Shown here piece by piece: positions 9,392 through 18,229 of a stretch of 55,062 nucleotides of DNA (positions within the stretch are counted from its first letter, which is position 1; each line of letters opens with the position of its first letter). The position numbers were made by a program, and so were the translations under genes. The notes under the pieces are model-generated. The model ran no database searches and was not told the DNA's origin. It saw only the letters and a program-made list of their open reading frames with translations. Location: the sequence record DRR723986_11243; one strand, written 5' to 3'.

Positions 9392-9751
9392 TTAATTAGC
9401 AGCTGATTCAATCGCCTTTTTTCCCTTAATGCAAAGCCAAATAGTGACACCAACTCCTGCTATGCAACCCACAAAAGTCGCGCAAGCCACTCCCACCGCT
9501 CGAATTACTCCTGACATTCCTTGGTCCGAATCACTGATTTCTTCATCTTCATAATTGTTATTGTTTCCGTTTATAGAGGCAGCTGGATTGCTATCTTCAA
9601 GAACTTGACGTTCTAAAATATTTTTTTTCTCAGATGTTTCTGATTGTTGTTCAATATTTTCGGAGTGAACTAAATGAGTAACCGTTTCTTCCTGTGAAAA
9701 GCCAGTCAAGCTATGAACACCAATAAAAAGCAATATGATAATTAGTCGCAT
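9392..9751 (-). CDS. Hypothetical protein: signal peptide, acidic region, C-terminal TM helix
   Basis: Signal peptide ending GFSQ; hydrophobic segment followed by KGKK; TAAATTTG promoter at 9771-9778 (minus strand). Confidence 0.65.
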   Translation of the reverse strand: MRLIIILLFIGVHSLTGFSQEETVTHLVHSENIEQQSETSEKKNILERQVLEDSNPAASINGNNNNYEDEEISDSDQGMSGVIRAVGVACATFVGCIAGVGVTIWLCIKGKKAIESAAN

Positions 9752-9880
9752 AATTTTTTGTTTTACAGGTCAAATTTATGGCGATAATTGCGTTTTCTTT
9801 AATTGAATTGCATAAACGAATAGTTCATTTTGCGTTTATCGCAAATATTTGGTTTGAATATTTTAATACTTTTATATCAT

Positions 9881-10822
9881 ATGAAAAAGGTTTTATCAAC
9901 AACACTTGTACTTTTTCTGGCATTTTCATTTTGTCTATTTTTTGTAAAAATGTGTGCTCCTGCATCATGGAATGTTTTTTTCAGGATGAACAATTGGTAT
10001 TGCGAAAATGCTGTATTCGTTAATTATCAAGAACAAGATTTTGTAATTGTTGAGGGTTTTAATAGAGGTGGGTATAGAAGTCCAGACATTGGAGGCCTTT
10101 GTGTTTTTAATTTGTCTACCAAAGCAGTGACAGGTACGTTTTATAAGTACCGATCAGTTAATGTGCTCGGCGTTACACATTCCAAAGTTTATGTTTATGA
10201 TGAAAATGATCAGGTAATTGGCCTCAAAATTGGTGATTTAACTGAAGAAGTAAATGTTAGTGAACGATTAAACGAACATTCAGAAATTAAAGATATAATA
10301 GAAAAAATCTGGGTTGATGGAGTTGAGGACATCTTTAGGATTTCTGGAAAAGACGGATATGACTATTCCTACGACTTAGTCAACGACCAATTAGTTCAAC
10401 TGGATTCTACTAACTTAATTGCTCCCAACTTTAACAAAGAAACACATTGCTATAGTCAGCTATTGATACCAACGAAAATTAAAAACAAGCCAATTCTTGA
10501 AGGGAATTGGTTATGCGAATTGGGTTCTAATTACAATGCGATTTTTGAAAATGGGGATAGATTACTAAGTCACAAAACACTGAAAGGTGAAGGAGGTAAG
10601 TTCTTAATAAGCAGAGTGGGAGATGACCAAATCATTTGGCAAACATCTGAAAAAGAGTTTCAAGAGCAATGTGATTTAGAAAAACCATCATGCATTCACG
10701 TAAAAACAAATGAATCAACTTTCTATGCGTTTTTTCAGGATGGCTCAGGTGATGGAAATCTATACATTTTAGAATTGGATTCTAAATCGGGAGAAATCTT
10801 GTGGTCCAGAGAATTATTTTAA
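9881..10822 (+). CDS. Hypothetical membrane-anchored beta-rich (propeller-like) protein
   Basis: Start refined to ATG 9881 (MKKVL plus hydrophobic helix); C-terminal PQQ-like blade LELDSKSGEILWS. Confidence 0.7.
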   Translation: MKKVLSTTLVLFLAFSFCLFFVKMCAPASWNVFFRMNNWYCENAVFVNYQEQDFVIVEGFNRGGYRSPDIGGLCVFNLSTKAVTGTFYKYRSVNVLGVTHSKVYVYDENDQVIGLKIGDLTEEVNVSERLNEHSEIKDIIEKIWVDGVEDIFRISGKDGYDYSYDLVNDQLVQLDSTNLIAPNFNKETHCYSQLLIPTKIKNKPILEGNWLCELGSNYNAIFENGDRLLSHKTLKGEGGKFLISRVGDDQIIWQTSEKEFQEQCDLEKPSCIHVKTNESTFYAFFQDGSGDGNLYILELDSKSGEILWSRELF

Positions 10823-10835
10823 ACTACAGTAATCC

Positions 10836-10861
10836 GAACATTTCTAGCTATTTTTACGTAA
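10836..10861 (+). promoter_or_regulatory. ECF-type promoter
   Basis: GAAC-N17-CGTAA ending 35 nt upstream of ATG 10896. Confidence 0.5.
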
Positions 10862-10895
10862 GCTAAAGCTTACCAACAACGCAAACGGACAATAC

Positions 10896-13800
10896 ATGTC
10901 TCAAGGAAAAAAATTTGGAACATTTGCAGGAGTATTTACTCCGTCTATCTTGACGATTCTCGGGGTGATCATGTACCTAAGAATGGGGGAGGTAGTTGGT
11001 AACTCCGGACTAGGAGGAACAATTCTTATCATTCTGATTGCCCACGTTGTTTCAGTTACCACGGGATTATCGGTTTCATCAATTGCGACAGACAAGAAAG
11101 TAGGTGCAGGTGGAGTTTATTATGTCTTATCCAGAAGTTTAGGATTACCAATTGGTGGAGCATTAGGTTTGACTCTTTTTGTTGCGACAGCCTTATCAAT
11201 CGCCCTATATATGGTAGGTTTTGCTGAAATCGCCAATGCAAAAATGGGTTATGGAGTGACTATTAATGAAAAGGGCGAATATTTATATGACTTAAATGCC
11301 ATTCGATTTACAGGATCTGTTGGATTATTAGCATTGGGAATTATTGCCTTGATCAGTACTTCAATAGCTATAAAGAGTCAGTTTTTTATTTTGGGTGCGA
11401 TCTTGTTATCATTGTTCGCAATTTTTTTAGGAGATACCTCTCAAGCCTCTACTGAAGTTTTACCATCAGAATATGTGTCTCCTGGGTTTTTTCCAATGTT
11501 CGCACTCTTCTTTCCAGCTGTTACTGGATTTACAGCAGGTATTGCTATGTCGGGAGATTTAAAGAACCCTAAAAAATCTATTCCTTATGGAACAATGCTA
11601 GCAATAGGTGCGGGTTTATTGGTTTACATAGTTTTGGCAATATATTTATCGACTTCATTTACTGATAAGGAGTTAATAGAAAATAGCAATCTTTTGTATG
11701 AAATAACAATGCTTGGCGGAGCGTTTGTATTGGCCGGAGTTTTCGGGGCAACATTGTCGTCAGCATTAGGAGGTATTTTAGGAGGACCAAGAATATTACA
11801 GGCCATGTCTGTTGATAAAATCACACCGAAATTTTTTGCGAAAGGAGTAGGACAGGCTAATGAACCAAGAAATGCATTAATTCTGACATTGTTAATTGCC
11901 GAAGCTGGCATTTTAATCGGTGATTTAAATGTAATTGCCGAAGTGGTTTCAATGTTTTATCTAACCGCTTATGGATTTATAAATCTGTCTTTCTTTCTTG
12001 AATCTTGGGCAAGTTCTGACTTCAATCCGACTTTTAAAGTTCGGAAATGGGTAGGGTTACTAGGGTTTACTGTGTCATTTGTAATTATGTCTCAGTTAAA
12101 CTTATTAGCCATGTTTGCTGCCATTATTATTATAGGAGGCATCTATCTGTATTTATCTAGAAAGCAAGTTGCCCTTGGTACAGGAGATATTTGGCAATCA
12201 GTTTGGGCGACAATTGTTAAGAAAGGACTTAAAAGAATGGAGGCCGGTCAGGATCATAAACGAAACTGGAAGCCCAACACCTTATTGTTCAGTACAGGTA
12301 ATCAGTATCGAACAAAAATGATTGAATTCTCAAAAGCTGTTTCCGGTCAAAACGGAATCATAACCAATTTTGACTTGATTGAGAACGAAAGCGCAACCGT
12401 ACTTTTTCCAAAATCTAAAGAAACAGTATCAGATGAGGAACTAGAAAAATACGGAATATTCGGAAGAAAACTTGAAGTGCAAAATTCCTTTAAAGGGATT
12501 GAAAGTATTGCTTGCACATTCGGATTCAGTGGAGTAGAACCCAATACAGTTTTAATGGCATGGCCAGGGGAAACCGAGAATCCGATTTGGTTCACGCAAA
12601 TGACTCAAAAGTTGATTGATCTTGATTACAACGTATTGTATTTAGATTATGATGATCGTTGGGGATTCAGAAAACAAGAGAAAATAGATTTGTGGTGGAG
12701 AGGTGTAAGTAATAACTCGGAATTGATGTTGCTACTGGCTAAATTCATTTTATCAAGTCCAGATTGGTCGCAGGCCTCCGTACGTATATTATTGGTGAAT
12801 GATACCAATGTTGATTCAAAGGTGATTGAAAATAGAATTCAACACGTATTGGATCAATTCAGGGTCAATGCAGAAATTAAAATTGTCAATAACGAGATTG
12901 ATCAAAAGCCAATCTACGAACTGATGAAGGTTCATTCATCAGAAGCAGATTTAATTTTTGTTGGAATTCCGGATATTGAAGAAGGAGAAGTTGCATCTTT
13001 TGTGGATAGAACAAACAACTTAGTACATACAATCGGAACCACCTTATTGGTAAAGGCATCTACTCAGTTTGATGAAACTGATTTAAAAATTGAACACATT
13101 GACCTCAAATCAGAAGCTGAGGAAATTAATAAAGCTGACTTACTTCCATTGAATGCATGCAAGGATGAATCCTTTAATGAAGCTGTTACAGCTTTTGATA
13201 TCGAATTGAATAGAATCGTTCAAGAATTGACCGAAAATTCAGTAGCCCGAATCGAGAATTATCATCACCGTATCTTTTCTAAAGTGATTGACGTGATGGA
13301 TGCATTTTTAGATGACGTGAATCCAACTGATGCTATTGCTGTTAATCATCAAAAATTAAATGAAGCGCTGAGTAAAGTAGAAGTAGCTTTAAAAGATGCT
13401 GTTGAACATCAACTGACGATTGTCTCTGAAGAATTTAAGAAGGATATTTTACTTTATTTAGAACATAAAGAAGATTTCATCAATCATCTTCCGAATAAAA
13501 TTGTGGTTAAAACAGTCTATGATGGTAAAAAAGAGTTAGTTGCTACTAAACGCAAAGTAAAATTTAGACAAGCTGTGCAGAGAATCTGGTATTCTGAAGG
13601 AATGGTAGAGTCTTATGATCAGTTCCAAGAGTTTGGTTATCAAAATTTAATTTTATTGCATCAATCAAAAAATTTGTTGCATACCGTTTCATGGGATTTT
13701 TTAACAGCTATTAGAGATGCGAAAGAGCTGCCGGCAAAAATAAAGGCAATGAAGGCCAAGTTAGATGAGGCCATTGCTGGTCTAGATGAAGAAGCACTGC

Positions 13801-15941
13801 ATCTAGCATCTAATTTTTACAAGCACATTCGTAATAAGGAACGCGAAAACATCAATCAATTGAATGAAATCATTCTTGAAAAGAAGTATGTCATTGAATT
13901 GCAAGAAAAATATATAGCGACAGGTCCAAGTGCCATTAAGGCCATAAAAAGAGAGCTGCTGCAATTCCCTGATTATTGGGATAGAAATATCCGTGTGTTC
14001 ACCAATCACATTATTGGAGATGTTCAATTAATGAAATTCTCAGCTCGTTTACAAGCGTTTTCAGATGAAGCAGTCAATTATACAACATCAAATTATCTGA
14101 CTTCTCTAGGGACTAACATTTCATCCTTTAAAAACAAAATTGAATTGATTGAGACTGCTGTTAACAGTAAAGATGAAAAAGCATTATTAAACGCAGATGT
14201 ACAATTAGATGAGGAGATTTTCTTGAATTCGAATTTAGTAGTTGGAAAGCTGGTTGAATCAATTGATGAAGCATTAGAGACGATTCCTGAAGAAGTGAAA
14301 TTAATGGCGGCAAAGTCAATTAATGGAATTAGAGATCATCAAGGTAAAAACGTTCAAACAGAAAATGTTTCTTTACGAGACATTACTGAATACCTAGTTT
14401 CTAAAGAGTTTGAAGATCCGATTCATGAACAAATACAATTGTTTTACGATCAGCTGAAAAGAGCGATTGGGAAAATAATTAATGGAACCAATTTAATTCA
14501 ATCAGGCTTGGATGCATTTGCAACAGCTTCACAAACTGAACAACTGGTTGCAGCCATTGAACTGGCAAGAAAAGAACTGGCAGAAGCAGAAGGTCAAATA
14601 GAAACTGCTCAAGTAGCATTTGAAACTGAATTGCGCGATCGAAAAGAGGGATTGAAAAAAGCCTTGGATATCAATCAAATCATTGAGCAAATAGAAACGC
14701 TTACGCAATATGTAAAACAGCACAAGCGCAGAAACGGAATCTCTCAGACTTTACAATCTGTGAATAGAGTAGTTGGGGCTAAATTCACACAGGGCTTGAA
14801 CTATTTCGTGCAAAAGCAACAAGATATTTCTGCCATTGAATACAAACAGAAATACGGTCAAGCCATTTCTGAGCAGGGATTGATTGCAGATTTTGTTGAA
14901 GAAGTTAGTCCTAAAATAGAATTGCCGTTTTACTATCAGCAAATGTACACGACAACGAACTATTCGGATAGTCAGAGCATTGAAAATAGAAAGGATGAAA
15001 TAGCTAAAATCCAATCGGCGATTAACAGAATTGATTCTGGGGCAGCTGGGGGAATTTTAATTTTAGGATCAGCCTCAAGTGGAAAATCATACTTGACTTC
15101 GCATGTAGCCAATTACATGTTGAAAGGGAAAACAGTGCATGTTCATCCTCCAATAAATAATACCAGAAAGAAAGAAGACCTAGTAAAAGCCATTCAAAGA
15201 GCCACTGCGCAAAAAGGTAGTATTGAAAGCATCATGGAGACAATTCCGTCAAAAACGACTTTTGTATTCCAAAATCTAGAGCGTTGGTGGTTAAAGTCTA
15301 AAGATGGTGAATTGTTGTTGAATGAATTGGCAAAAATTATTGGACTTTACGGTTCACAGCATTACTTTGTAATGAACGCAAATATTCATTCTTATCAATT
15401 GATGGCAGAGGTGTCCAGTATTCAGTCAGTGATTACGCGATCAGTAATTTTGGCGCCATTGACGCCAGCTCAGATTAGAGATGCAATTTGGTCTAGACAT
15501 AAAACAGGTGGCTTAAATGCTACCATGAATGGAATTTCAGAAAAACATTTATCCGCCAGTAAAACAAATAAATACTTGACCAAATACCATTCTGTTTCGG
15601 GTGGTGTAATTGGAGTAGCATTGAATAAATGGGCAGCTAGCATCCATGAGAAAGATGATCATGATATCGTTTTGGTGAATCCGAAAAGAACTGAATTCCC
15701 ATCCATTCAAAAAACAGAATTGAAGAACTTAATCTATCAGCTATTCATTCATTACAGCTTGACCAAGGCAGAATTAGTAAGAATTTATGGCCGAGAGCAT
15801 AAAAATTGGATTGAAAGAAACTTAAACATGTTGGCGACATCTGGTTTATTGGCTATCAATGAACGTGATGCCTATTATATTAAATCAGTTGCAAAACCTT
15901 ACGTTGAGAATTGGTTAAACGAAATGGGATTCATTAAATAA
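10896..15941 (+). CDS. SLC12/CCC-family transporter fused to a long helical region and a C-terminal STAND/AAA-like NTPase-wHTH module
   Basis: KFGTFAGVFTPSILTILGVIMYLR, FFPAVTG..AG..MSGDLKNP, NWKPN, EPNTVLMAW, IDLWW, LLVKAS (aa 1-722); Walker A GSASSGKS at aa 1391; wHTH-like C-terminus. Confidence 0.88.
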   Translation: MSQGKKFGTFAGVFTPSILTILGVIMYLRMGEVVGNSGLGGTILIILIAHVVSVTTGLSVSSIATDKKVGAGGVYYVLSRSLGLPIGGALGLTLFVATALSIALYMVGFAEIANAKMGYGVTINEKGEYLYDLNAIRFTGSVGLLALGIIALISTSIAIKSQFFILGAILLSLFAIFLGDTSQASTEVLPSEYVSPGFFPMFALFFPAVTGFTAGIAMSGDLKNPKKSIPYGTMLAIGAGLLVYIVLAIYLSTSFTDKELIENSNLLYEITMLGGAFVLAGVFGATLSSALGGILGGPRILQAMSVDKITPKFFAKGVGQANEPRNALILTLLIAEAGILIGDLNVIAEVVSMFYLTAYGFINLSFFLESWASSDFNPTFKVRKWVGLLGFTVSFVIMSQLNLLAMFAAIIIIGGIYLYLSRKQVALGTGDIWQSVWATIVKKGLKRMEAGQDHKRNWKPNTLLFSTGNQYRTKMIEFSKAVSGQNGIITNFDLIENESATVLFPKSKETVSDEELEKYGIFGRKLEVQNSFKGIESIACTFGFSGVEPNTVLMAWPGETENPIWFTQMTQKLIDLDYNVLYLDYDDRWGFRKQEKIDLWWRGVSNNSELMLLLAKFILSSPDWSQASVRILLVNDTNVDSKVIENRIQHVLDQFRVNAEIKIVNNEIDQKPIYELMKVHSSEADLIFVGIPDIEEGEVASFVDRTNNLVHTIGTTLLVKASTQFDETDLKIEHIDLKSEAEEINKADLLPLNACKDESFNEAVTAFDIELNRIVQELTENSVARIENYHHRIFSKVIDVMDAFLDDVNPTDAIAVNHQKLNEALSKVEVALKDAVEHQLTIVSEEFKKDILLYLEHKEDFINHLPNKIVVKTVYDGKKELVATKRKVKFRQAVQRIWYSEGMVESYDQFQEFGYQNLILLHQSKNLLHTVSWDFLTAIRDAKELPAKIKAMKAKLDEAIAGLDEEALHLASNFYKHIRNKERENINQLNEIILEKKYVIELQEKYIATGPSAIKAIKRELLQFPDYWDRNIRVFTNHIIGDVQLMKFSARLQAFSDEAVNYTTSNYLTSLGTNISSFKNKIELIETAVNSKDEKALLNADVQLDEEIFLNSNLVVGKLVESIDEALETIPEEVKLMAAKSINGIRDHQGKNVQTENVSLRDITEYLVSKEFEDPIHEQIQLFYDQLKRAIGKIINGTNLIQSGLDAFATASQTEQLVAAIELARKELAEAEGQIETAQVAFETELRDRKEGLKKALDINQIIEQIETLTQYVKQHKRRNGISQTLQSVNRVVGAKFTQGLNYFVQKQQDISAIEYKQKYGQAISEQGLIADFVEEVSPKIELPFYYQQMYTTTNYSDSQSIENRKDEIAKIQSAINRIDSGAAGGILILGSASSGKSYLTSHVANYMLKGKTVHVHPPINNTRKKEDLVKAIQRATAQKGSIESIMETIPSKTTFVFQNLERWWLKSKDGELLLNELAKIIGLYGSQHYFVMNANIHSYQLMAEVSSIQSVITRSVILAPLTPAQIRDAIWSRHKTGGLNATMNGISEKHLSASKTNKYLTKYHSVSGGVIGVALNKWAASIHEKDDHDIVLVNPKRTEFPSIQKTELKNLIYQLFIHYSLTKAELVRIYGREHKNWIERNLNMLATSGLLAINERDAYYIKSVAKPYVENWLNEMGFIK

Positions 15942-16684
15942 TGGAGTTGAAAGATCTATATCAATTTAAGCCTTCATTTCATATTGGAGGAATTAGCATT
16001 CAAACACTGATTTTGCTCGGAATAATTGCTGCATTTATTTTTGGATTCTTCTATATCTTCAAAAAATATGTTGGACCGTTTTTAGGCTCAAGAAAGGCAA
16101 TTAAAAAAGCATCTGTATTGGCATATCGATTAGAGGTGCTCGCATGGACGCTCTTTTCATTATTTGGAATCTATCTTCTGCTTTCAGACAGTTTATATAT
16201 AACGCTTGTACTATTGGCAGTTGTGATGCTTGCAGGTCGAAACTTTTGGAGAGATCTGTTCTCAGGTGTGGCGTTCCGTTTAGAAAATAAGTTTGAAGTT
16301 GGCGATCCTGTGCGATTTGAAGAATATAACGGAACATTAGATAGCGTAAGCCCTAGAAATATTCAAATCAAAACAGATACCGAAGAGTTAGTATTGATAC
16401 CGTTCAGAAAATTGTCTAATGCCGTATTTGTTAAAAGACAAGCGAAAGGAAAATTACATTCTGCGAAAATTGAATTAGCGATCGGCGATAAAAATGCCGA
16501 GCAAGTTATGGCTAGAGTTCATGATTGGATTTACGAATGTCCTTGGGCAATGACCAATGAGAAAGTGCAAGCAAAGTTGATTTCTAGTAACGTAATAGCA
16601 GTTACTGTTTATGCGGTTGATATGCTTTCGATAAGTAAAACAGAAAATTATCTGAAAAAACGATTGTCTAAATTGAACAGCTAA
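15941..16684 (+). CDS. MscS family mechanosensitive channel domain protein
   Basis: Three TM helices, RDLFSG...FEVGD.V....GT......R..Q......LVLIP; TAATG overlap with upstream gene. Confidence 0.8.
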   Translation: MELKDLYQFKPSFHIGGISIQTLILLGIIAAFIFGFFYIFKKYVGPFLGSRKAIKKASVLAYRLEVLAWTLFSLFGIYLLLSDSLYITLVLLAVVMLAGRNFWRDLFSGVAFRLENKFEVGDPVRFEEYNGTLDSVSPRNIQIKTDTEELVLIPFRKLSNAVFVKRQAKGKLHSAKIELAIGDKNAEQVMARVHDWIYECPWAMTNEKVQAKLISSNVIAVTVYAVDMLSISKTENYLKKRLSKLNS

Positions 16685-17371
16685 TCAATCTATGACTAAG
16701 TTATATGATGAAGAATTCCCGTCAGCTAAATTCACCGAAAATGGGGAACCGTTCAGTACTTTCCATCCAGTGTTTGCGCCGAGGACTTCTGTCCGGTAGG
16801 AAACATTAATCTGTATATCTGTGTTTGACGGAATTATCACCGTCATTTTCTCTTCTGTCGGTTTTTCGTTTGAAACTTGTTCGACATTAGAATGTTCTTT
16901 ACCACCATAAAAGTACTCCGTTTTTATAGAAGCTACTGAGTTTTTTTCTATTGCAAACGAAAAGTTAACTATAGCAGTTGGTTTGAGGTATGCTTGTGTA
17001 AAGATGTTGGTGTTGACGTCATTTGAATCAAGATCAATTTCTTTTTCTTGCTGTAAATAATTTTTTAGGCGGTAATCTAGTTTAAAATTGGAAAGCTGAT
17101 TTAAACCACTTTTGGAGAATGACATAATCCAATTTCCACTTGTGTCTGAATGCGAAGTAACTATCGTTTTTAGGAATATTCCTTTTGTGCCCATTAGTTT
17201 GACTTCTACATTGTTGAGATTGGTATTGGTTGCAACTGTCTTTACATTTCCTGAAAGCGTGATGCAATCTATTGTGCAATTATCACCATATTCACCTTTT
17301 TTTTTGCAGCTAATTAATAACAAAGAAATTGATAGAAAGTACGGGGCTAATAGGACTAAATTTCTGGGCAT
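16685..17371 (-). CDS. Lipoprotein with carboxypeptidase-regulatory-like beta-sandwich domain (paralog A)
   Basis: Lipobox LLISC, LSGNV...N..V.L, SD.SG.W; start refined (17377 also possible). Confidence 0.7.
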   Translation of the reverse strand: MPRNLVLLAPYFLSISLLLISCKKKGEYGDNCTIDCITLSGNVKTVATNTNLNNVEVKLMGTKGIFLKTIVTSHSDTSGNWIMSFSKSGLNQLSNFKLDYRLKNYLQQEKEIDLDSNDVNTNIFTQAYLKPTAIVNFSFAIEKNSVASIKTEYFYGGKEHSNVEQVSNEKPTEEKMTVIIPSNTDIQINVSYRTEVLGANTGWKVLNGSPFSVNLADGNSSSYNLVID

Positions 17372-17388
17372 GTTCATATATGAGTTAA

Positions 17389-17414
17389 TCACGAATTAAT
17401 TTGGCAATAAGTTG
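17389..17414 (-). promoter_or_regulatory. ECF-type promoter
   Basis: Minus strand CAAC-N17-CGTGA upstream of paralog A. Confidence 0.45.
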
Positions 17415-17417
17415 GGT

Positions 17418-18092
17418 TTAATGGAAAAATATCCTCATAGTGTCTTTAGCATACGGAGCTATATTCACCATATCCGGAATTCCTGGTACTTTTAACCAAT
17501 CTTTGCCTTTAGAATCATTTTCTTCTAAACTTGCCCAGATGCTTAAGTGAATGTCTTGATTGGCCGGAATGGTTTGTTCAAAACTTAAACTTGCTGGCAC
17601 CTCTTTATTCGTGTACTTCAGTTCTTTATAACCTTGGCTTTCGAATACAAAACGAGATTCAATTCTTTGAATATTTTGATTATGAATTTCAACTTGAAAG
17701 TAGACCTGAGCAGTTTTAAATAATTCGCTGGTGTAGTGCTGTTCATGATCTGCACTATCAATGTCAAAATAAACCCGTTGCTTTTTTTCAAAGTAGTTTT
17801 TTCTTTCAATTTCGATATAGCCTTCTTTCAGGTTTTCAATATAATCGGCATCAAATGACACTTTCCAAAAACCGTTTTCATCAGTATCAGTGGATACGAT
17901 ATATTTGGTGGTCTTTTTTTTCTTTGCAGTAATGACAATTTTCGCATTTTCAATGGGGTTTGAAGTACCTTGTTCATAAACTTTTCCAGACAGAATATGG
18001 CAATCAAAATTGCAATCATCACCATCAAACTTTGCTTTTTTACAGGATAACAATATTGAACTGGTCATTAAAAAGTAGAAGAGTGTTTTCAT
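17418..18092 (-). CDS. Lipoprotein with carboxypeptidase-regulatory-like domain (paralog B)
   Basis: Lipobox ILLSC, LSGKVYE..T.NPIENAKI, TDENGFW; start refined to MKTLF. Confidence 0.75.
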   Translation of the reverse strand: MKTLFYFLMTSSILLSCKKAKFDGDDCNFDCHILSGKVYEQGTSNPIENAKIVITAKKKKTTKYIVSTDTDENGFWKVSFDADYIENLKEGYIEIERKNYFEKKQRVYFDIDSADHEQHYTSELFKTAQVYFQVEIHNQNIQRIESRFVFESQGYKELKYTNKEVPASLSFEQTIPANQDIHLSIWASLEENDSKGKDWLKVPGIPDMVNIAPYAKDTMRIFFH

Positions 18093-18102
18093 ATTACTCA
18101 TA

Positions 18103-18129
18103 TGACGTGAATAATTTTTGATTCGTTTA
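18103..18129 (-). promoter_or_regulatory. ECF-type promoter
   Basis: Minus strand TAAAC-N17-CGTCA upstream of paralog B. Confidence 0.45.
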
Positions 18130-18229
18130 CCGTTTTTAAGATATTTTTCAATTCTCATTAAAATGCCATCCTCACTCAGTAAGTTTTGATTATCTTAATC
18201 GTCCTATTGTCTAAACCTACAAAATCTCA

